A DNA stretch of 64,000 nucleotides from Antedon mediterranea (Eukaryota; Animalia; Echinodermata). The stretch is taken from positions 3,410,001 through 3,474,000 of the forward strand of contig NC_092680.1 of NCBI RefSeq assembly GCF_964355755.1. Direction: 5' to 3'. The position numbers and the translations under genes are program-made. The notes beneath the pieces were generated by a model. That model saw only the letters and a list, made by a program, of their open reading frames with translations, did not search any database and was not told where the DNA came from. Positions 1 to 14,569 of this stretch are shown here, in pieces (position 1 is the stretch's first letter; every line of letters begins with the position of its first letter).

Positions 1-849
1 AGAGATCGACAAATAAATAAATATTAGTGTACAAAAAAATAAAAAGATAAAGTCATCCAACTTAGTAAAAGCACAACCAAGATGATGTGAACATCACCGA
101 ATGTTGTCAAGTAAAAATTTGACTGTACATCTTGGAAATCTAAAAAGCCGCAAAAGCTTTGCACTAATAATGGATGCACCAATTTCTAAGAACATTTCCA
201 TTAGCGTATTTCTTTAAGTGATATTGTATACTTTGAGATTAACTGTTGCCTCCTCTGTTTTAATATCCATATATCCGCCTACTCCACTTGTTTGTTCATT
301 AGTTTATTTACAACTTATTATTAACTTGTGAGAATGCTTGTTGACTTTTTTAAATAAAAATGTTTTACTAAATACGAGTTATTTATGATGATAATATGTA
401 TTGGTGTAATGCGTTTTTATTTTTTGAAAGTCAATGTCCATTTAATCTGGCTAGATATAACTTTAGAACAATATGCAGATTTAGTTGTCATTATTTTTAT
501 TAGGTGATAATACAGTTTTTATTATCTAATTTTTATGACGTAATACATCTTCATTGATTTGAGAAGTATAACAATCATTATTATTAAATCTTTATTAACA
601 AATGCAAAATAATAATTTATTTGAAAATAACATGAATTGAAAATCCCTTTAAGCTACTGTACAATTGCCATAAAATATTATTCTAAAAAACTTTAAAAAC
701 ATAAGATTTAAAAAATGATTCACGTGACCAATTCAACATAATTAACAATTAAATTTTAAAATTGATTATTTTCTTTCTTTACAATAGAGGTTTAGATGCT
801 ATAAAAATGGGATGCTGCCCTCGTGAGATCAAAAGATCAATTTAATTAA

Positions 850-1211
850 AGATGTATTGTCCCCGAAAACATGAAAAATTAAGATTATTTAAATCAGACG
901 TTAAATATGTTATTTTGTAGTTTTAATAAAGAATAATCCATTCTGGAAAAAAAAAAAAAAAAAAAAAAAAATGTTTTTTCATATATAAAAAATTGCAAAA
1001 TAATTAATGGTCAAATTCAACGAAAAACCCATTGTCTGGCAGCCAATTTGACTATTTTTTGCTTTGAATTACAGTTTTTCAAGTAAATACATTTTTTTCC
1101 GATTCAATTTTTGTTCAAAGTGGTTGACTATTACTGTATGTGACATTAAAATGGCATATTCAACAAAAAAATGTTCAACCTTTATTTTTTTTCCAGGGGG
1201 ACAATACATCT
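850..1211 (+). mobile_element. MITE family A, non-autonomous Kolobok-like DNA transposon (full-length copy)
   Basis: Perfect TIRs AGATGTATTGTCCCC...GGGGACAATACATCT with TTAA on both flanks (846-849, 1212-1215). TTAA TSD plus RR termini is the Kolobok signature. At least 6 related copies in the window. Confidence 0.85.
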
Positions 1212-1532
1212 TTAAAACAATAGTTTTATACTGTATATTTAGTTGAAAAGTCCTTTGTTGTTAGTTTGAATGCCTAGGAGGGATAGCAAAATATTTGGTG
1301 GCTTCTGGATGATGTGACGTTAATTTATGTTAATATCTAAAGTGATCAACGATTAATACAGCTGTTATTGGCTTAACAACATCCCTCTGTGGATTAAAAG
1401 GCTTTGTTTTCCTTTATTTAAACACATTCATTTTTCGTAGAGAATCACAATTTTATCTTCCAACCCTTTTAATTACTATATGTTGCATTATTATATGTAG
1501 GTATTTTATTAATATTACTAGTAGTAGTACGA

Positions 1533-1628
1533 GGTTCTTTAAAGTGCACTGAATGTTTTGTGGACCTACTGTTTATAGTCCTTATCCAAGAAGACTCATT
1601 CTACCACCAGAACCATGGAGCGAGTGAG
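1533..1628 (-). mobile_element. SINE relic with Deu-domain-like core
   Basis: Minus strand reads GTCTTCTTGGATAAGGACTATAAACAGTAGGTCC...GTGCACTTTAAAGAACC, resembling the DeuSINE core. Shares several blocks with 6134-6330. Confidence 0.6.
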
Positions 1629-2384
1629 AACAAACACATTTCTTCCCTAAAAATTGAATATTATACTTAATAACAAGGGCAACGTTTTTAACATTAATAT
1701 TATATATATAAAAGCATTTTTCCTCCTACACTAAATGTTTATCTATCTTAAATAATTAAATGCCACAATAGTTCTCTTTTAGAAACATATAATGATAATA
1801 AATACCTTTAAATATTTGTTGTTGTATTTCTTTAAAGCAGAGTTTTTACATTATAACTTGTCACTTGACATAATCATCAGTTTAATGTTGACACTGTCAA
1901 TATTATTTGCCAGTCAGTGAATGCATCAAGCTGTATTATACAATACTTCTAAAACAAACACATCAGAATTGATTTAAGTGAAATAAATATTGATGTTTAC
2001 TTCATTGTGAAAAATAAGAAAATTAAAGACTAATTGTATTTAGTTTTGAAGGTAAAAAGTGTTTGTAAAAATTAAATTAATTATATTAGGGGAAATAAAA
2101 TGTTAATTCATCATATCTTGTAGTTGTTATTCCACCTGAAATAAAATATAATTCATAATTCATAGAGTAATGTAATCAGATTTAAGCTTTTAATATTTGT
2201 TAACTGTACAATTTGTTTTATGATCAGTAGAACAAAACGTTGTCGTAATATGCTGTCATTTGAGAAACTTTTAGACATCTCAATACAGGTTTCACACGAA
2301 TGTAAATTTGTAATTTTAGTAATTTTATTTTTTTAAACTAATTATAAAAGTTGTCTTTTTTATTGTTATATACACCATACCATA

Positions 2385-2446
2385 CAAAACAAAATGCCCA
2401 AAACAAAACAAAAACAAAACAAAAACAACAACAAAACAAAACAAAA
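2385..2446. repeat. (CAAAA)n-type microsatellite
   Basis: Run of caaaa/acaaa units. Confidence 0.85.
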
Positions 2447-5225
2447 TGTATGTGTAAAATCCAGAGTTTTACAAGACAATGTGAAAAGGGTATGTCTTCG
2501 TTATTTTTAGTTGACGTACGTATCTTTATAAAGCAAAATTGCTGTTCATCCAAAAAATGTTTGTATTTTTTTATACAGATGATTACAATTTCTTGTTACT
2601 TAAATGAAAATGTGGTAGCAACTTTGAAAGTTTCTTTTGTAATAGAAATGCCAAAAACATTTCATATAACTTAAGTTGCTTTTGCAACATAAGATTGTTT
2701 GAAAGAATACAAAGAAACTATTACCAAACTGTTTTACTAACATTCACCTAATCATCAAAGTTGAGTGAGTGACCTCTTAATGATGTTAATAATATGTTGG
2801 AAATTATAAGTTGAAGTATTGCTCTTTGAAATTGTTGTTGTACGCATCAAGTCATTTGGTCATTGAACGTATTCAGGTAAATTTTTGGCTACTTACTTCA
2901 TTTCAGCCAATAACACGTTTACTTCGATCAAGATCTTGATATTTCAGCCTGCATTTTTTGATTGAATGATGCAATTACCGGTTGGGTCTACCGTCATTTT
3001 TCATTTCACCGGGAGAAAAAAAAAAGTAATTTTGTTGAGTGGTTTGTGGATATAAACATTTTTACATTCAGATGTTTTTAAATATAACGAGAATATTGCT
3101 TTTAGTTTGGGGTTTGGGGTTTTGGCTGTTGTTTTTTTTTTAGGGTTAATGATTGCTCTGTAAAAGGCCACTAGCTTACTGTAGAGTTTAGGTTACTTAA
3201 CATCTAATCTTGAGGTACCTTAATAAGTTCATATACTTTGGCGTTTTAAGGTTGTCTGATCAAAATACAACTTTTGCTATGTTTTTTTTTTGTTTTTTTT
3301 TTCCTATTCCTCATTTTTGCCAGTAAAAACTAAGCAATATTTTATGATGTCAAGAAATTCATTTTATGAATTCTTATGTGCTTAACTTTATCTTTCTTTA
3401 ATTAAGAATTAAGATTGCATTTTTTAGTTTTATTGGTGAGAATCTTTTTAGTGGTTAACTTTACAACTTTCAAAGGTATAGAAAAGTGTAATCTGTCCGT
3501 ACCACAAGTTGTTCACTTATTAGGAGTGGTGCTAAGGTACTAACATAATTATGAGCTTCTTCTTCTATCAATTTTCTATAGTTTTTCTACTCGGTGCAGT
3601 TAGCTAAACGATTAAAGTTATCACTATTAGAAAAATCTTCAATAAAGTTTATTGAATATGGGACAGGATATCATGTGTTTTATATTAATTATCCTCGCAA
3701 CACCTGACCAGAGAAACACTATGGCATGAAAATTCTCGATGGAACGCTATGACAAAACTTACAAATATTCTAAAACGGTGGTTTCCACGTATACAAATTA
3801 TCAAGTATTGCCCAATAACCTTTTATTGTCAATAATTCTGAAATTGTGTCAATTAATTCTGTCAGAACTGTGATATTTGTTATCGTTTTTGCTTCAAGTA
3901 ATATTAATTACAGTTAATTGTGTCTGCGAGTGGTTTTTAATTCCCATACAATAAGCTGATTAAGATTGTCTACAAAAGTATTGAATTATTGCGATTTTAT
4001 TAGAATAATTTTAATAATAAATAATAAAAAGAAAAGAAATAATAAGGATTAAATTTACATAGGGCAAGAGAATTTAGGGCTATTAAAATCATTAAAGTAT
4101 GATTGCTGTTTAAAAAAACACTCACTGTAATTTTATAAATGGATTTGACTTTATTAGAATACATTTTAAAGAATCAATTAAATTGTTTAAATAAGATTTA
4201 AAATACAAGGTGTATAAAATTAATAATTTAAAAAAAAATATTGGTACCTTCAATTTAAATGTTTGCAAATAACTGCAAAGAATGTTTGTGTCTTTAATTG
4301 TGTTTTCATCTTATTGTTGTTTCTGGATTAAAGTTAATTAGTTTTATACTTTTATCTCAAAATGAAAACTAGTAAATATATATGATCTGGAAACTAACTT
4401 ATAAATTAATTATAAATGATATTCTATAATTGAGAAAAACAATTTTGGAAAAAAAAAAAAAAAGATGCATTAATGACAAAAATGTCATTTTTTCCAAAGA
4501 GTGGTCGAAGTAGCCAGAAGCACCGGCCACATTAATCCAGATCTTGTTAGCTTTTAGTCCTCATTCTGTCTACTCAATCTTCTCAACCGGTTTCCTAACT
4601 CGCGGTTTGTAAACATTTATTTTGAGATGGTCTGTAAGATGATCAAAGTAATTAAACAGATATATGGTAGCGCCTAGGCCCGAGGATATGTGTCCAAGTG
4701 AGTGCACATAGAGAATTCGAAGCAGAATAAAGTGACCCTGCCTCTAGAAACCTGCTATACTTTTTCCTAAGAAAGAAAAGGCTTAGAAGTCATGTAACAT
4801 GATTCAACTGTCTAAAAGCAAAGTTACTTTCGTTTAAAGTCAACGACCGTTACAAACTTAATCTTGAACTGTCGTTCATGTTGTTGATGTTGTTCGTAAT
4901 TTTACATTTTTTTCCTGATAATTGTAATTAGAAGTACTGTCTTTAGATACATTAGTTCTTATAGGTATTTATCCTAAGTACACTAGTAGGTGGGTTTAAA
5001 AAGGCATGAAATACTAAATTACTACTAGTACCATAAATGTTCTAGTACTCCGGAGTAGATTAATTGTTTAAAAATCCACAATAATCTGTCAGATTTTTAT
5101 TTATTGTTGAAAAAGAAAAAATAATGAAATATTTTAAATAAAACAACAAAAATTGTATATAAAGTAAATGTTATTTTACAAGAAAAACAATTGTGTAACA
5201 TGAAATTATTGCAATTATGTACTGT

Positions 5226-5384
5226 ACAAAATTAAAATTAAATTCAGCTTTAAAGAAAATAAATAATTTTTCTCCAACTTAGGTGCACATACAGTAGCCT
5301 AAAGGTTAAAGGTTACCTTTACCTATGTTGAGTTGGAGAAAACTTATTTGCATTTTTTAAAAGCTGAATTGTATTTTAGTTTTT
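5226..5384. mobile_element. Degenerate palindromic (foldback/MITE-like) element
   Basis: Arms aaattcagctttaaag...ttctccaactt and gagttggagaaaa...ttttaaaagctgaatt form an imperfect inverted repeat of about 55 bp. Confidence 0.6.
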
Positions 5385-6133
5385 CACATCATTCATATAA
5401 TATTTAAACAAATCAAATTTCCACTTTGACTTAAAAAGAAATGGTTTTCTAGTAGGGTGTTGATTAGTATTTACTTTTAAAAGGTTGACAATTCAAGTTG
5501 AGCTCAGAGTGCAGTGCTAAGTCTAAGAAGTACTAAAATCGACTACCAATTCACTACAGGTTTTTCTTTTAACTAATGTATTAAAAGTCTAATGAGCGTT
5601 GTAATTGCTGTAAAAGCCTTACACTTACTGACAGCCTTTTAGCATTCAGGTATCATAAGCACAAGGCCTTACACGCCGTCCAATTATTACATAATGCTTT
5701 AATAACATAGATAACGACAAAGCTACAATCTTAATTATCTAATATTATTTCTTACGTATCCATCAGCACATTAACCAAAAATAGTTTAGTACAAATTTAA
5801 TCATACTTAGTTTTACCTTAAATCAAACAGTTCAACGATTTTTTGATATTTTTTTTTGCGCTTATCAAATGTCAGAAACTTCCTTTTGAAATGTTACAAG
5901 TTGAAGTGGTTTGTTAATGACAAAACGGAAACTGATTGGCAGAATGATTTGAACCCAGGGGCTACATTTGTAGGTTATTACTTTAGGAGTGGTTCAGTCT
6001 TTCAACCATGGGTGAGGCCGAATCTGGAAAATGTTATGTCTTTAGGCATTGTGGCCAAGGATTACCAATAGTAAATTAATCACTGTCCTATCATATGGGT
6101 GGTAATCCCCCTAATACAGGGATTATTTTGTGA

Positions 6134-6330
6134 ACCAGTTCACCGTGGTATCCCCCTACTCTTCTTGAATAATGAACTGGGTTCTTTAAAGTGTACACAG
6201 GTTATAACTGTACACTGGATCCGAGAAGACTTGTTCCACCACCAGGACTAGGAGCGAGTCTGCCTCAAACCGTTGCTGATGTTCTTGGCTCTTCAGGTAC
6301 GGTAAACTTCGCCCCTGCCTGATTATGAGG
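6134..6330 (-). mobile_element. SINE relic with Deu-domain-like core and degenerate B box
   Basis: Minus strand has B-box-like GGTTTGAGGC, then CACTTTAAAGAACCCAG...GAAGAGTAGGGGGATACCACGGTGAACTGG, matching the AmnSINE1/DeuSINE core pattern. Homologous to 1533-1628. Confidence 0.65.
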
Positions 6331-9300
6331 TTATTTTTGTATCTTAAAAAGAATTTCTGAATACCCAATTATCAAACTCTTAAAAAAATATGATATATTC
6401 CCTCCTTTGTTAGAAAAAATATAATTTGGATATGTATTTTTCTTTTGTTTTTACGTGATAACAACATCTTGTGGAAGTCTGCCGTTACAAAAACAAAGAT
6501 ATTTTTATTTAATTATGTATGAGAATGTACAAAGAAAAAAAATACATGCTCATTACGATACTCAATTATATAAGTATTAGGCAAAAAAAACCCTGAAATA
6601 AGCAGCATGGCACTACGTTGATGATTGTACACAATGTAATTTGGGGAATAAATTGAAGGATTTGAACCTGCTTATCAGGATGTTTAATGCCGGTGATAAA
6701 TTTCCAAACCGTTTTATCAAGTATGAAAAAAATATATGCCCTATAGGTAAAATTTAGTACTTTAAAATTCTTCTAGGTATTTTGCAATAGTATCTACGTA
6801 ATATATACTAGTATAATTTTGTTTCGTCGTATTTAATATTTTTCAATATGTTATTCTATCTGTGGCAATATTAGTGACCAATCAGAGAGAACATGTTATT
6901 AGAAATAATGTAGTGATGCTGAATTATCACTTTGTAGACATTAAGTACCGTTGAAAGATCATGGCATAAACATAAAAGGTAAAATTATAATTTAAACATG
7001 TCAATTTCACTTTTAATACTAGAAAAAAGTTTGAAAGTCTTCTAGGAATATGATTTAGTTAAATATTTTTAGTCATAATTCAATGCTTGTGCTCACTACA
7101 ATGTATACACACAAATGATTTTGGTTATTTTAAAAATATTTCGTGCTTTGGAACATTTTGTACTTTTATTATCACTACTACATGTATACTACTGGTTGTG
7201 GGATTTGGTGGAGAGATAAAGGAAATTCAGATCAGGCAACTTGAACTCAAATTATAGATATTTGGTATAAAACTAGATTATCAATTTTTAATAGAATTTT
7301 CAAAAACCTTGAACTATTATTAACACCATGATTTTGATTTCTTTACAATATTTGTTGAAAATACAATAATAAATTAGCAAAAAGTGTTCATGCCGATTTT
7401 GTGTGCGAGTTGAATTAAGACGTGCTTTAAGTCTCTGTCATACCCATCACTATCTTGTCACAAGATCTCATCATTTAGTAGCACTAGTTTTCCAATATGT
7501 AAGCAATTTGATCCGGTAATCTTGACGTATTAAATACTAGGGGAGGGTAAATCTTACCCCTTTTACCAAATTGTCCCTGTGGCAATCACCCTGACACTTA
7601 TCCTGCTGAGATCATTGTGGCTAATCCTGCGTCATCTTATAATCCCCTCCTTCGCTTTCTTGATAATTAGTCTTTGCTTTCGGCAATACGGCGATGAACC
7701 TTTAGGATAATGACACACAAACTTACAAAACTTTTTATAAATGAAATCAGTTTGTAAAGTCTATATTTGATTTGGTTATAATTTTGTTACTTTGTAATAT
7801 AGTAGGTAATTGGAAAATTCATCATCTGTTGCCACATAAACTAGCTTGTTATCCTTCTCACAGTTTAATACTGTATTTTACTGTTGATTTTACCAAATAC
7901 TTGTAATCTATGATATAATAAATAAGAGCTTTCGTTTTTTGGACGATCTAAGAAGTAGTTACAGCAAGTTAATTCTTTAAAACAGACATTTGGATGTGTT
8001 TCTTGATTCTTAAACACAGTTTTGACAAATTTTAGGTCTAGGCAACGATCAAAATTAGAATCTCCCTAGTTCCAAGCCATCTTAACACTTTCCCCCTTTC
8101 ACACTATAATCTACTATAGCAGTAGATACCATACACTAGGAATCTGTCATCATGGGAAATAGGAGTGTGTGAGTGTTTGCTCACCAATCAATGTTTCCTC
8201 CACTGAAATGTTAACATCAGTTTTTTTTCCTGGTTTTCTTATTACCTATCTTATCAGACTTAATTACTGATTTCCACATTAAGTGACGAATGATTCTGAG
8301 AACTCATAGTTGAGTGGTATTGTGTACTACACTTGCCTACAAACTTTGATTCATTGGGTCAAATCCTGTCTGGTTCTACTGGAACTGAGTTATTATTAAA
8401 GTAATCTTTGTCTATCATAAGTTAATTAAATAAAGTTTTGTTTTTTTGAGGTAGTATTCTTTTGTGAGCGTTTGCACTTTCTGTGTATCATTTCTTATCT
8501 TAACTGATGAATAATGAAGTGAGCAGCAAGTTTTAGTGAAATATACAAAATATTGAAATAATCAGTTGTATTCATCTAAATACTATAAAGTAACAATGAC
8601 ACATTTCTAATTGTTTCTCAACCTTGTGAATTAAAATTACATTTCTTAGACACTCTACAATAATTAGACTTGAAGCAATGACAAGACGGACTCGTAAAAA
8701 ACCATTTTGCTTGCCGTAAAATTAGACTTGATAAGGTTGTAGTATATTGATAATGATTGGTCAGTTTAAACATCTTACACTCTGAGATTAGTGTTAATAT
8801 TCAAGTAACTATCGACACTATAGTAATAAACAGACGACGTTTTAAAGCGGCTGTTCTCAGATTATTCTTACTGGAAATCCAGGGGTTTTTCTTAATTTTT
8901 TTAAAGCATTTGAAATGTTGCATACTATGCATCTCAAATGCTTTAACAAATGTGTTAAAAAATAATAAAAACTAATTATTTTTTAATTTACAGATGCATG
9001 CATCTTCTTCACTATTTACACATTTAATGTTTATTTCAGCATAATATCTTTGTTTTTCTTAGCGTTGTCTGAAGTTTCTCTCTTTTAACTGTTTTTAACT
9101 GCCACTTTTCTAAGGTTTTGAAACTTGAAACAACATATTTATCTAGTCTTAATTATTTCTGCCAATACAGTTTGGGTGACATGAACCAATTGACAACTTA
9201 TTTATTTTGATTTAAAGAAGGAAATATTCCATTTGTCTGTTTCTATTAGAAATGACCATTGACACAGATACTTGGTACTCATGTTTTTATCTATAGTCTA

Positions 9301-10631
9301 CAGTTAGCAACAGGGGCATACAAAGTTAACCAGAGAAGAAACCCCTTTAAAGTATTCAGATAATAATGCATTAGCTGTAGATAGAAACCAGGCCATACTA
9401 AGTTTATACAGAGACAAAGTCCCTTTAACTATTTAGATGTAAACTGTCTATCATAAATGATATTAAACTAAAGTGAATTGAACCATTTCATGTAGTTTTG
9501 ATTGAAAGGTATGAGGGAATAATAAAGTTAAATGAATGGATCGCTGGTTACTGGGCCATCATGAAATGATGTATTGCCAAATTATTTCCTAAGTTGATTG
9601 AATATAGGGAGTTGAGTAGGCGATATAATTGAGGCATAAATGTTTGAACCAAACTATGTGTGATTAGTAGAGCTTGGTGTCCGGATTGATGTTCAAAAAT
9701 AATATATTTAGGTTGCATAAACATGACATGAGGTGAGCTAAAGACCTCGCCCAAAAGTACAGCTAGTACTCGCTTGACCATAGTGTTATGTACATGCCTA
9801 GATGAATTAGTATATTTTAGGTGGCCCAAAAGTACAGTTACTTCGGATTTCTTCAGACTCGCAACTTGACCATAGTGTTGTACGTCTAATATTTTTCTGT
9901 CTGAACTAAACTATACAGTTTACGTACACTAAACTTTTTATTTTTTTGTATTTCTTTTAATTAAATAAAATTTCACTCTCTAACTCTTCAAATGAACAAG
10001 TATTGAAACCCAAGTCTTTAATTGTAAAATGTAATGTTTATACTATAAAATGGAACATTATTTAATTGAGAAACTGTATGTGGAATACAGTTTTGTAGTC
10101 TTCTTCAATGATGGTCATCTATTGAAGTTTAGTCTTAAGTAATTCCTTAGTTAACTGGAAGTAGAGTTACACTAGTGTGAGTTGGTTCTGCTATGTTATA
10201 GTATTTTCTAACATGGTTCTACTGTGTTAGTATTTGCCAACATAAGGTAGTTCCAGTTGTAAACCACTGCACCCATCATTGAACATTTTATGATGCATGA
10301 CATGTTAACAACTTAATGTTCTGTGGTCACATCGCTATTCAAAACAGTTGATATAATTGTGTAACGTTTCATCATTAAGACAGCAGTAAAGACACAAACT
10401 AAATTCAGAATGTTGTCAAAAGTTAGAAGAATGTGAATGGGATAAAGATAGATTGTTGTTAAAGTTGCTAAATGACCCATACTTCAAAGACGTGTCGTAT
10501 CCTAGCTTAATAAGCCGTACAATCTTAACAAGCTACTGGAACTTTGCCACTAACTAAGTATCAGGGATTTTTTTAGATAGTATAGTAACAACTATAACAA
10601 TGTAGTCTCGAGATTGTTGGAAGTTTCTTAC

Positions 10632-10679
10632 CTTACCAAGCCAAGCCTCCCATCCTGTAACTTTGTGATATTGCTAAAC
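10632..10679 (-). other. Candidate 48-nt internal exon (unverified)
   Basis: Minus strand: polypyrimidine acceptor tttttcttccttAG, 48 nt open in one frame (FSNITKLQDGRLGLV), donor AG|gtaaga. No recognisable homology. Confidence 0.25.
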
Positions 10680-12244
10680 CTAAGGAAGAAAAATCGTCAC
10701 TGTTTTCTTTTATAACAAATGTATAGTATATAAAAATGGTCATGAAACAATATAATTTCTTCTTGTCTCCAAATATTAGTCAAAAAATATTTTGGTAATA
10801 TACTTAAATATAATTTCTGAAGCATATAGTAAGAATGTTAATGCCATTTATTTTTTAATTTATTTCTCAGTTTCCTTATTTTTTTTGGAAACCTTTTCCT
10901 GGTAAAAATGGTAATTTTCACTTTTTTTTTTCAGAAAATGTTGTTAGTCATTAGCACATACTTTTTAGAATTAATGTTTAAAAAAAAACATTTTTTAAGG
11001 ACCTGGTATAATAACCTAACACCATAAATCTTGGCGCTACCCTCTTTATAAATCATTCTTGACAGATCATCAATTATTTTGACTGACATTTGCTAATTAG
11101 CAACTCTTTTTATATGGATTTATTAGGAAGGAAACAGAGAGGTATACCTTCTACCTTCTTCATGCTTATAGTAATAAACAGGATGTAATACTATGTGTGC
11201 TACAAATAGAGAGAGAGAGAGCCTGACAAATGTATAATTTAAAAAATGGTCACTGGTGTTTTTATTTTAAGAAATTTGTTTACTTTTAGTTTTTCATACA
11301 ATTCTTTTAGCCAGCGTAGTTAGTTTTACCGATACTGTGGCAAGTTCTACGGTACTAGGTAGGCAGTGGTTGGTAAAAGAACCATTGAACACTTGGTTAA
11401 TTATGAGAGAAATGTATCCAGTGTTCAATTTATGATGATGATTAACTTACGATGAACGTAGATATTATTGGTAGGTAGATAGGCAGAACAAATACTCTTT
11501 GAACATCCTAAAAAACAGTTCAAATTCTTTGAGAATAAAGGCCAAAAGGCAGACAGGTTGATATACTTAATCTTCATCAGCCACTGTCATGTGACAACAT
11601 TTGTTGCTTTCTTAAAAACAATAACAAACAGTTTTTGGGTTTGTCTTGTCATGTGAAGGATTTTTGGCTTGGTAGATGAGGGTTGATGGATGTTGAGTGA
11701 TGGTCTCTTCAGCATCAGGATGTTGTTTGTTGCATGATGTCTTTATGTGGTTGTAAAGATTGCTTCTGTCATACTATATTAAACATTTTTGACTTAATGA
11801 ATTTGACAGTTCTGTCAAAATGCTGTTCATTTGTCATACGGAATGTAGTCTTTGGAACAAAAAAATGTTTCAAATAAAAACCATGAGAATGAATAATTTA
11901 AATTATCAACCTAATTTTCACAATGCTGTATTTAATAGTATAAAATTTAAATATTTCTTGTTCTTATTATTTTTTAGTTAGAAATGAGTAGTATGTTAAT
12001 TAAATACTTTTTTTTGGTAAGAAATTGTCGAAAACAAAATAAAGGTTGTTTTACAGTTCAGGAAATCGAAGAAAACAAATTATAGCCAGATTTACGGTTG
12101 AATGAATAAAGATAAACAGAAATAAAAACAATTTTTAAAGCTAAAAACTAGCAAAAGTATTCAGAAAATTTGCATAGAAATACAAACAGTGCAAGCACTA
12201 CATTAAACATGAAATAACACTGTGCTTAGTTTAGAAAACAAGTA

Positions 12245-12365
12245 AAGATATTATATTGTCTCCCTGAAAAAATAATTGTACATTTGTTTGTTTTTTTTTT
12301 GCCATTTTCACAAAATAGTTATTCACTTTGACAAAAAATTGGATCGAAAAAAAACCTGTTATTTT
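12245..12365 (-). mobile_element. MITE family A, partial copy
   Basis: aagatattatattgtctccctgaaaaa...cactttgacaaaaaattggatcgaaaaa is the reverse complement of the right end of 850-1211. Confidence 0.65.
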
Positions 12366-12383
12366 AGTTATTTATTAACTAAA

Positions 12384-12491
12384 TATATATGGACACAATG
12401 ACATCATATTACTATATTTGGGGATATCACTACCATATTTGGGTACATCACACTTTTTTTGTGAAACTAGTTTGATAGTGTAGACAGAGCT
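12384..12491 (+). mobile_element. MITE family B (PIF/Harbinger-like), right half
   Basis: Internal catatcactaccatatttggg repeats ending in TIR ctagtttgatagtgtagacagagct. Confidence 0.85.
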
Positions 12492-12744
12492 CTTTAGAAA
12501 ATAAAAATACACGTTGACACAGTTGACACACCATTCAGGAATCTGTCTTAATTGAAGCATCTTTCATCGACCCCCTTCCCACCTGTTTTGCCCCGGTCCA
12601 TCCTTTCCTCTCTGGTTGCCATCAAGTAAATTAAAACTGACACAAGACGACTTCTGTGTCTTTAATCAGGATACTAAAGGCCCTGAACTAGCATTATAAC
12701 CAGTTGCTGTGGTTGGCCTAAATGCTCCTGTGTACTTGTGTTAA

Positions 12745-13073
12745 AGATGTATTGTCCACTAAAAACATGAAAAATGAAGATTGATAAAAAGAACTTTGAA
12801 TAGGCCATTTCACAGTTTTAATAAATTAATCACTTCCGTAGAAAAAGAAAATAATGTTTTCACTTAAAGAAAAGACAAATTAAATGTTTAAAAATAACCA
12901 AATACCCATGGACTTCCAGTCAATTTGACTATTTTTTTACATTACTTACAGTTTTTCAGGTAAATAATTTTGTTTTCAATCCAATTTTTTGGATAAAGTG
13001 AATAATTATTATTAAAATGAAATATACAACAAAAACACTAAAAACAATTATTTGTTCAAGGGACAGTATATCT
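12745..13073 (+). mobile_element. MITE family A (Kolobok-like), full copy
   Basis: TTAA|AGATGTATTGTCC ... GGACAGTATATCT|TTAA. Colinear with 850-1211. Confidence 0.85.
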
Positions 13074-14267
13074 TTAAAGATGAACCTAATGTTATATTTT
13101 TCAATAATTTCATAGTTGTAAACGGTAATTTAGATGATGATGGAGTAATTTCTTTTGATTTTACCTGGTCCCTGCTGTATTTTTTTACATAATGTCTTAG
13201 ATTTTTATTAATTAATTTTTTTCTCGTCATTTATTTTATATTTATATTATATTTTATTTATGTTAAAGGAAAGTCTTTAAACAGTGATTAGGTTCGCTTG
13301 TGACAATCCTGGCTTTTTGTTTCATTATATTTTTTATGTACTGTATTCTGTTGTATTCATTTGAATTAGATTTATTTCTTTTTCTTATTTCATATCTTCT
13401 ATGTCTCTATGTAGTGAAACCCAATTAGAAAAGTCCAACACGTACAATATACAGGAAGTTTGTAATCAAAGAAAACTGCAATGTGCAATTATTGGCATTT
13501 TTTAAGAAATTAATGTTACAATGTCTCCTTCATACACTTTTTTACATGACTCTGATTAAGAATAAACTTGAAAATCTCCAAAATGTTTTTGGTAAACTTT
13601 CTAAAAAGTTTGGACTGCTCATTTCAATTCAGTGTATTTTAAAAACAAAAAAGTAAAGTATTTGTTACACTAATTTTGTTAAGTGTAGTCCAGGCTCTTC
13701 ACTGTAACAGGAAATACCATAACAATTTTCCCCGAGTCCTGAACACCTGAGCTAAGCTCGGCAAGGTACACCTGGGCCAGGCCTGCTCAGCATGCAATCA
13801 ACCTCAAGGGACCCAAGCGTTATTCTCCTGTAAGTACAGCTTTGACCGGTGTTTAGCCTAGATCAGACGATAGTCCTAGATTTAGCCTGTGTATGTTTAC
13901 ACAGCATAGGTGCATGTCTGGTGTACAACATTATATCGGTCACATCTTTACAGTCGCCCTCTAAACTTGAAGAGTAATCATCCGAGTAGTCTGTACCCTC
14001 GACCCATTTGACCTTTGTATTGGAATGTCATTATGTTTGATTATCATTAATTTTATCATGTTATCATTTTATTAAGTTAAACTCTGTGGATCATTATATT
14101 ATTTAATACAGTATTTTGACTATTTCAAAATGTAGATTGCTTATTAAAAGTTAATCAAATTTGACATTCTTTACAGAATTGTTGTAGATGACATTTTAAA
14201 AGTTTGATTGATTGAAATGTGTTACTATCAATAACAATTAAGAAAGTTTACCACAATGTTTTTTATA

Positions 14268-14569
14268 AGATCATTTTGTCCCCTTGAAAAATAATGTTTT
14301 ACTTTTTTTGTTGAATATGCCATTTTAATGTCACATAATAGTTAACCACTTTGACCAAAAATTGGATATAAAAAAATCTATTTACGTGAAAAAACTGTAA
14401 TTTTAAGCAAAAAAATTGTCAAATTGGCTGCCAGCCAATGGATGTTTGGTTAAATTTACCCGTTTATTATGTTATTTTATAAGTGAAAACATTATTTTTT
14501 CCTGGTTTTTTTCCTATTCAAAGTATCGATTTAATCTTTATTTTTCATGCTTTGGTAGACAATGCATCT
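14268..14569 (-). mobile_element. MITE family A (Kolobok-like), inverted copy
   Basis: Reverse-complement copy ending gacaatgcatct|ttaa. Internal gttgaatatgccattttaatgtcaca matches family A. Confidence 0.85.

Noticed and set aside
850-1211. piggyBac assignment for family A because of the TTAA TSD
   Set aside because: Termini are AG...CT rather than the CC...GG typical of piggyBac, which fits Kolobok better.
8447-8456. TGAGGTAGTA matching the first 10 nt of let-7
   Set aside because: The match stops at 10 nt and no precursor hairpin is evident.
9749-9885. Imperfect direct repeat with a CTGAAGA...CGAA motif on the minus strand
   Set aside because: Stem II is absent and GAAA is incomplete. 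It can only be called an old local duplication.
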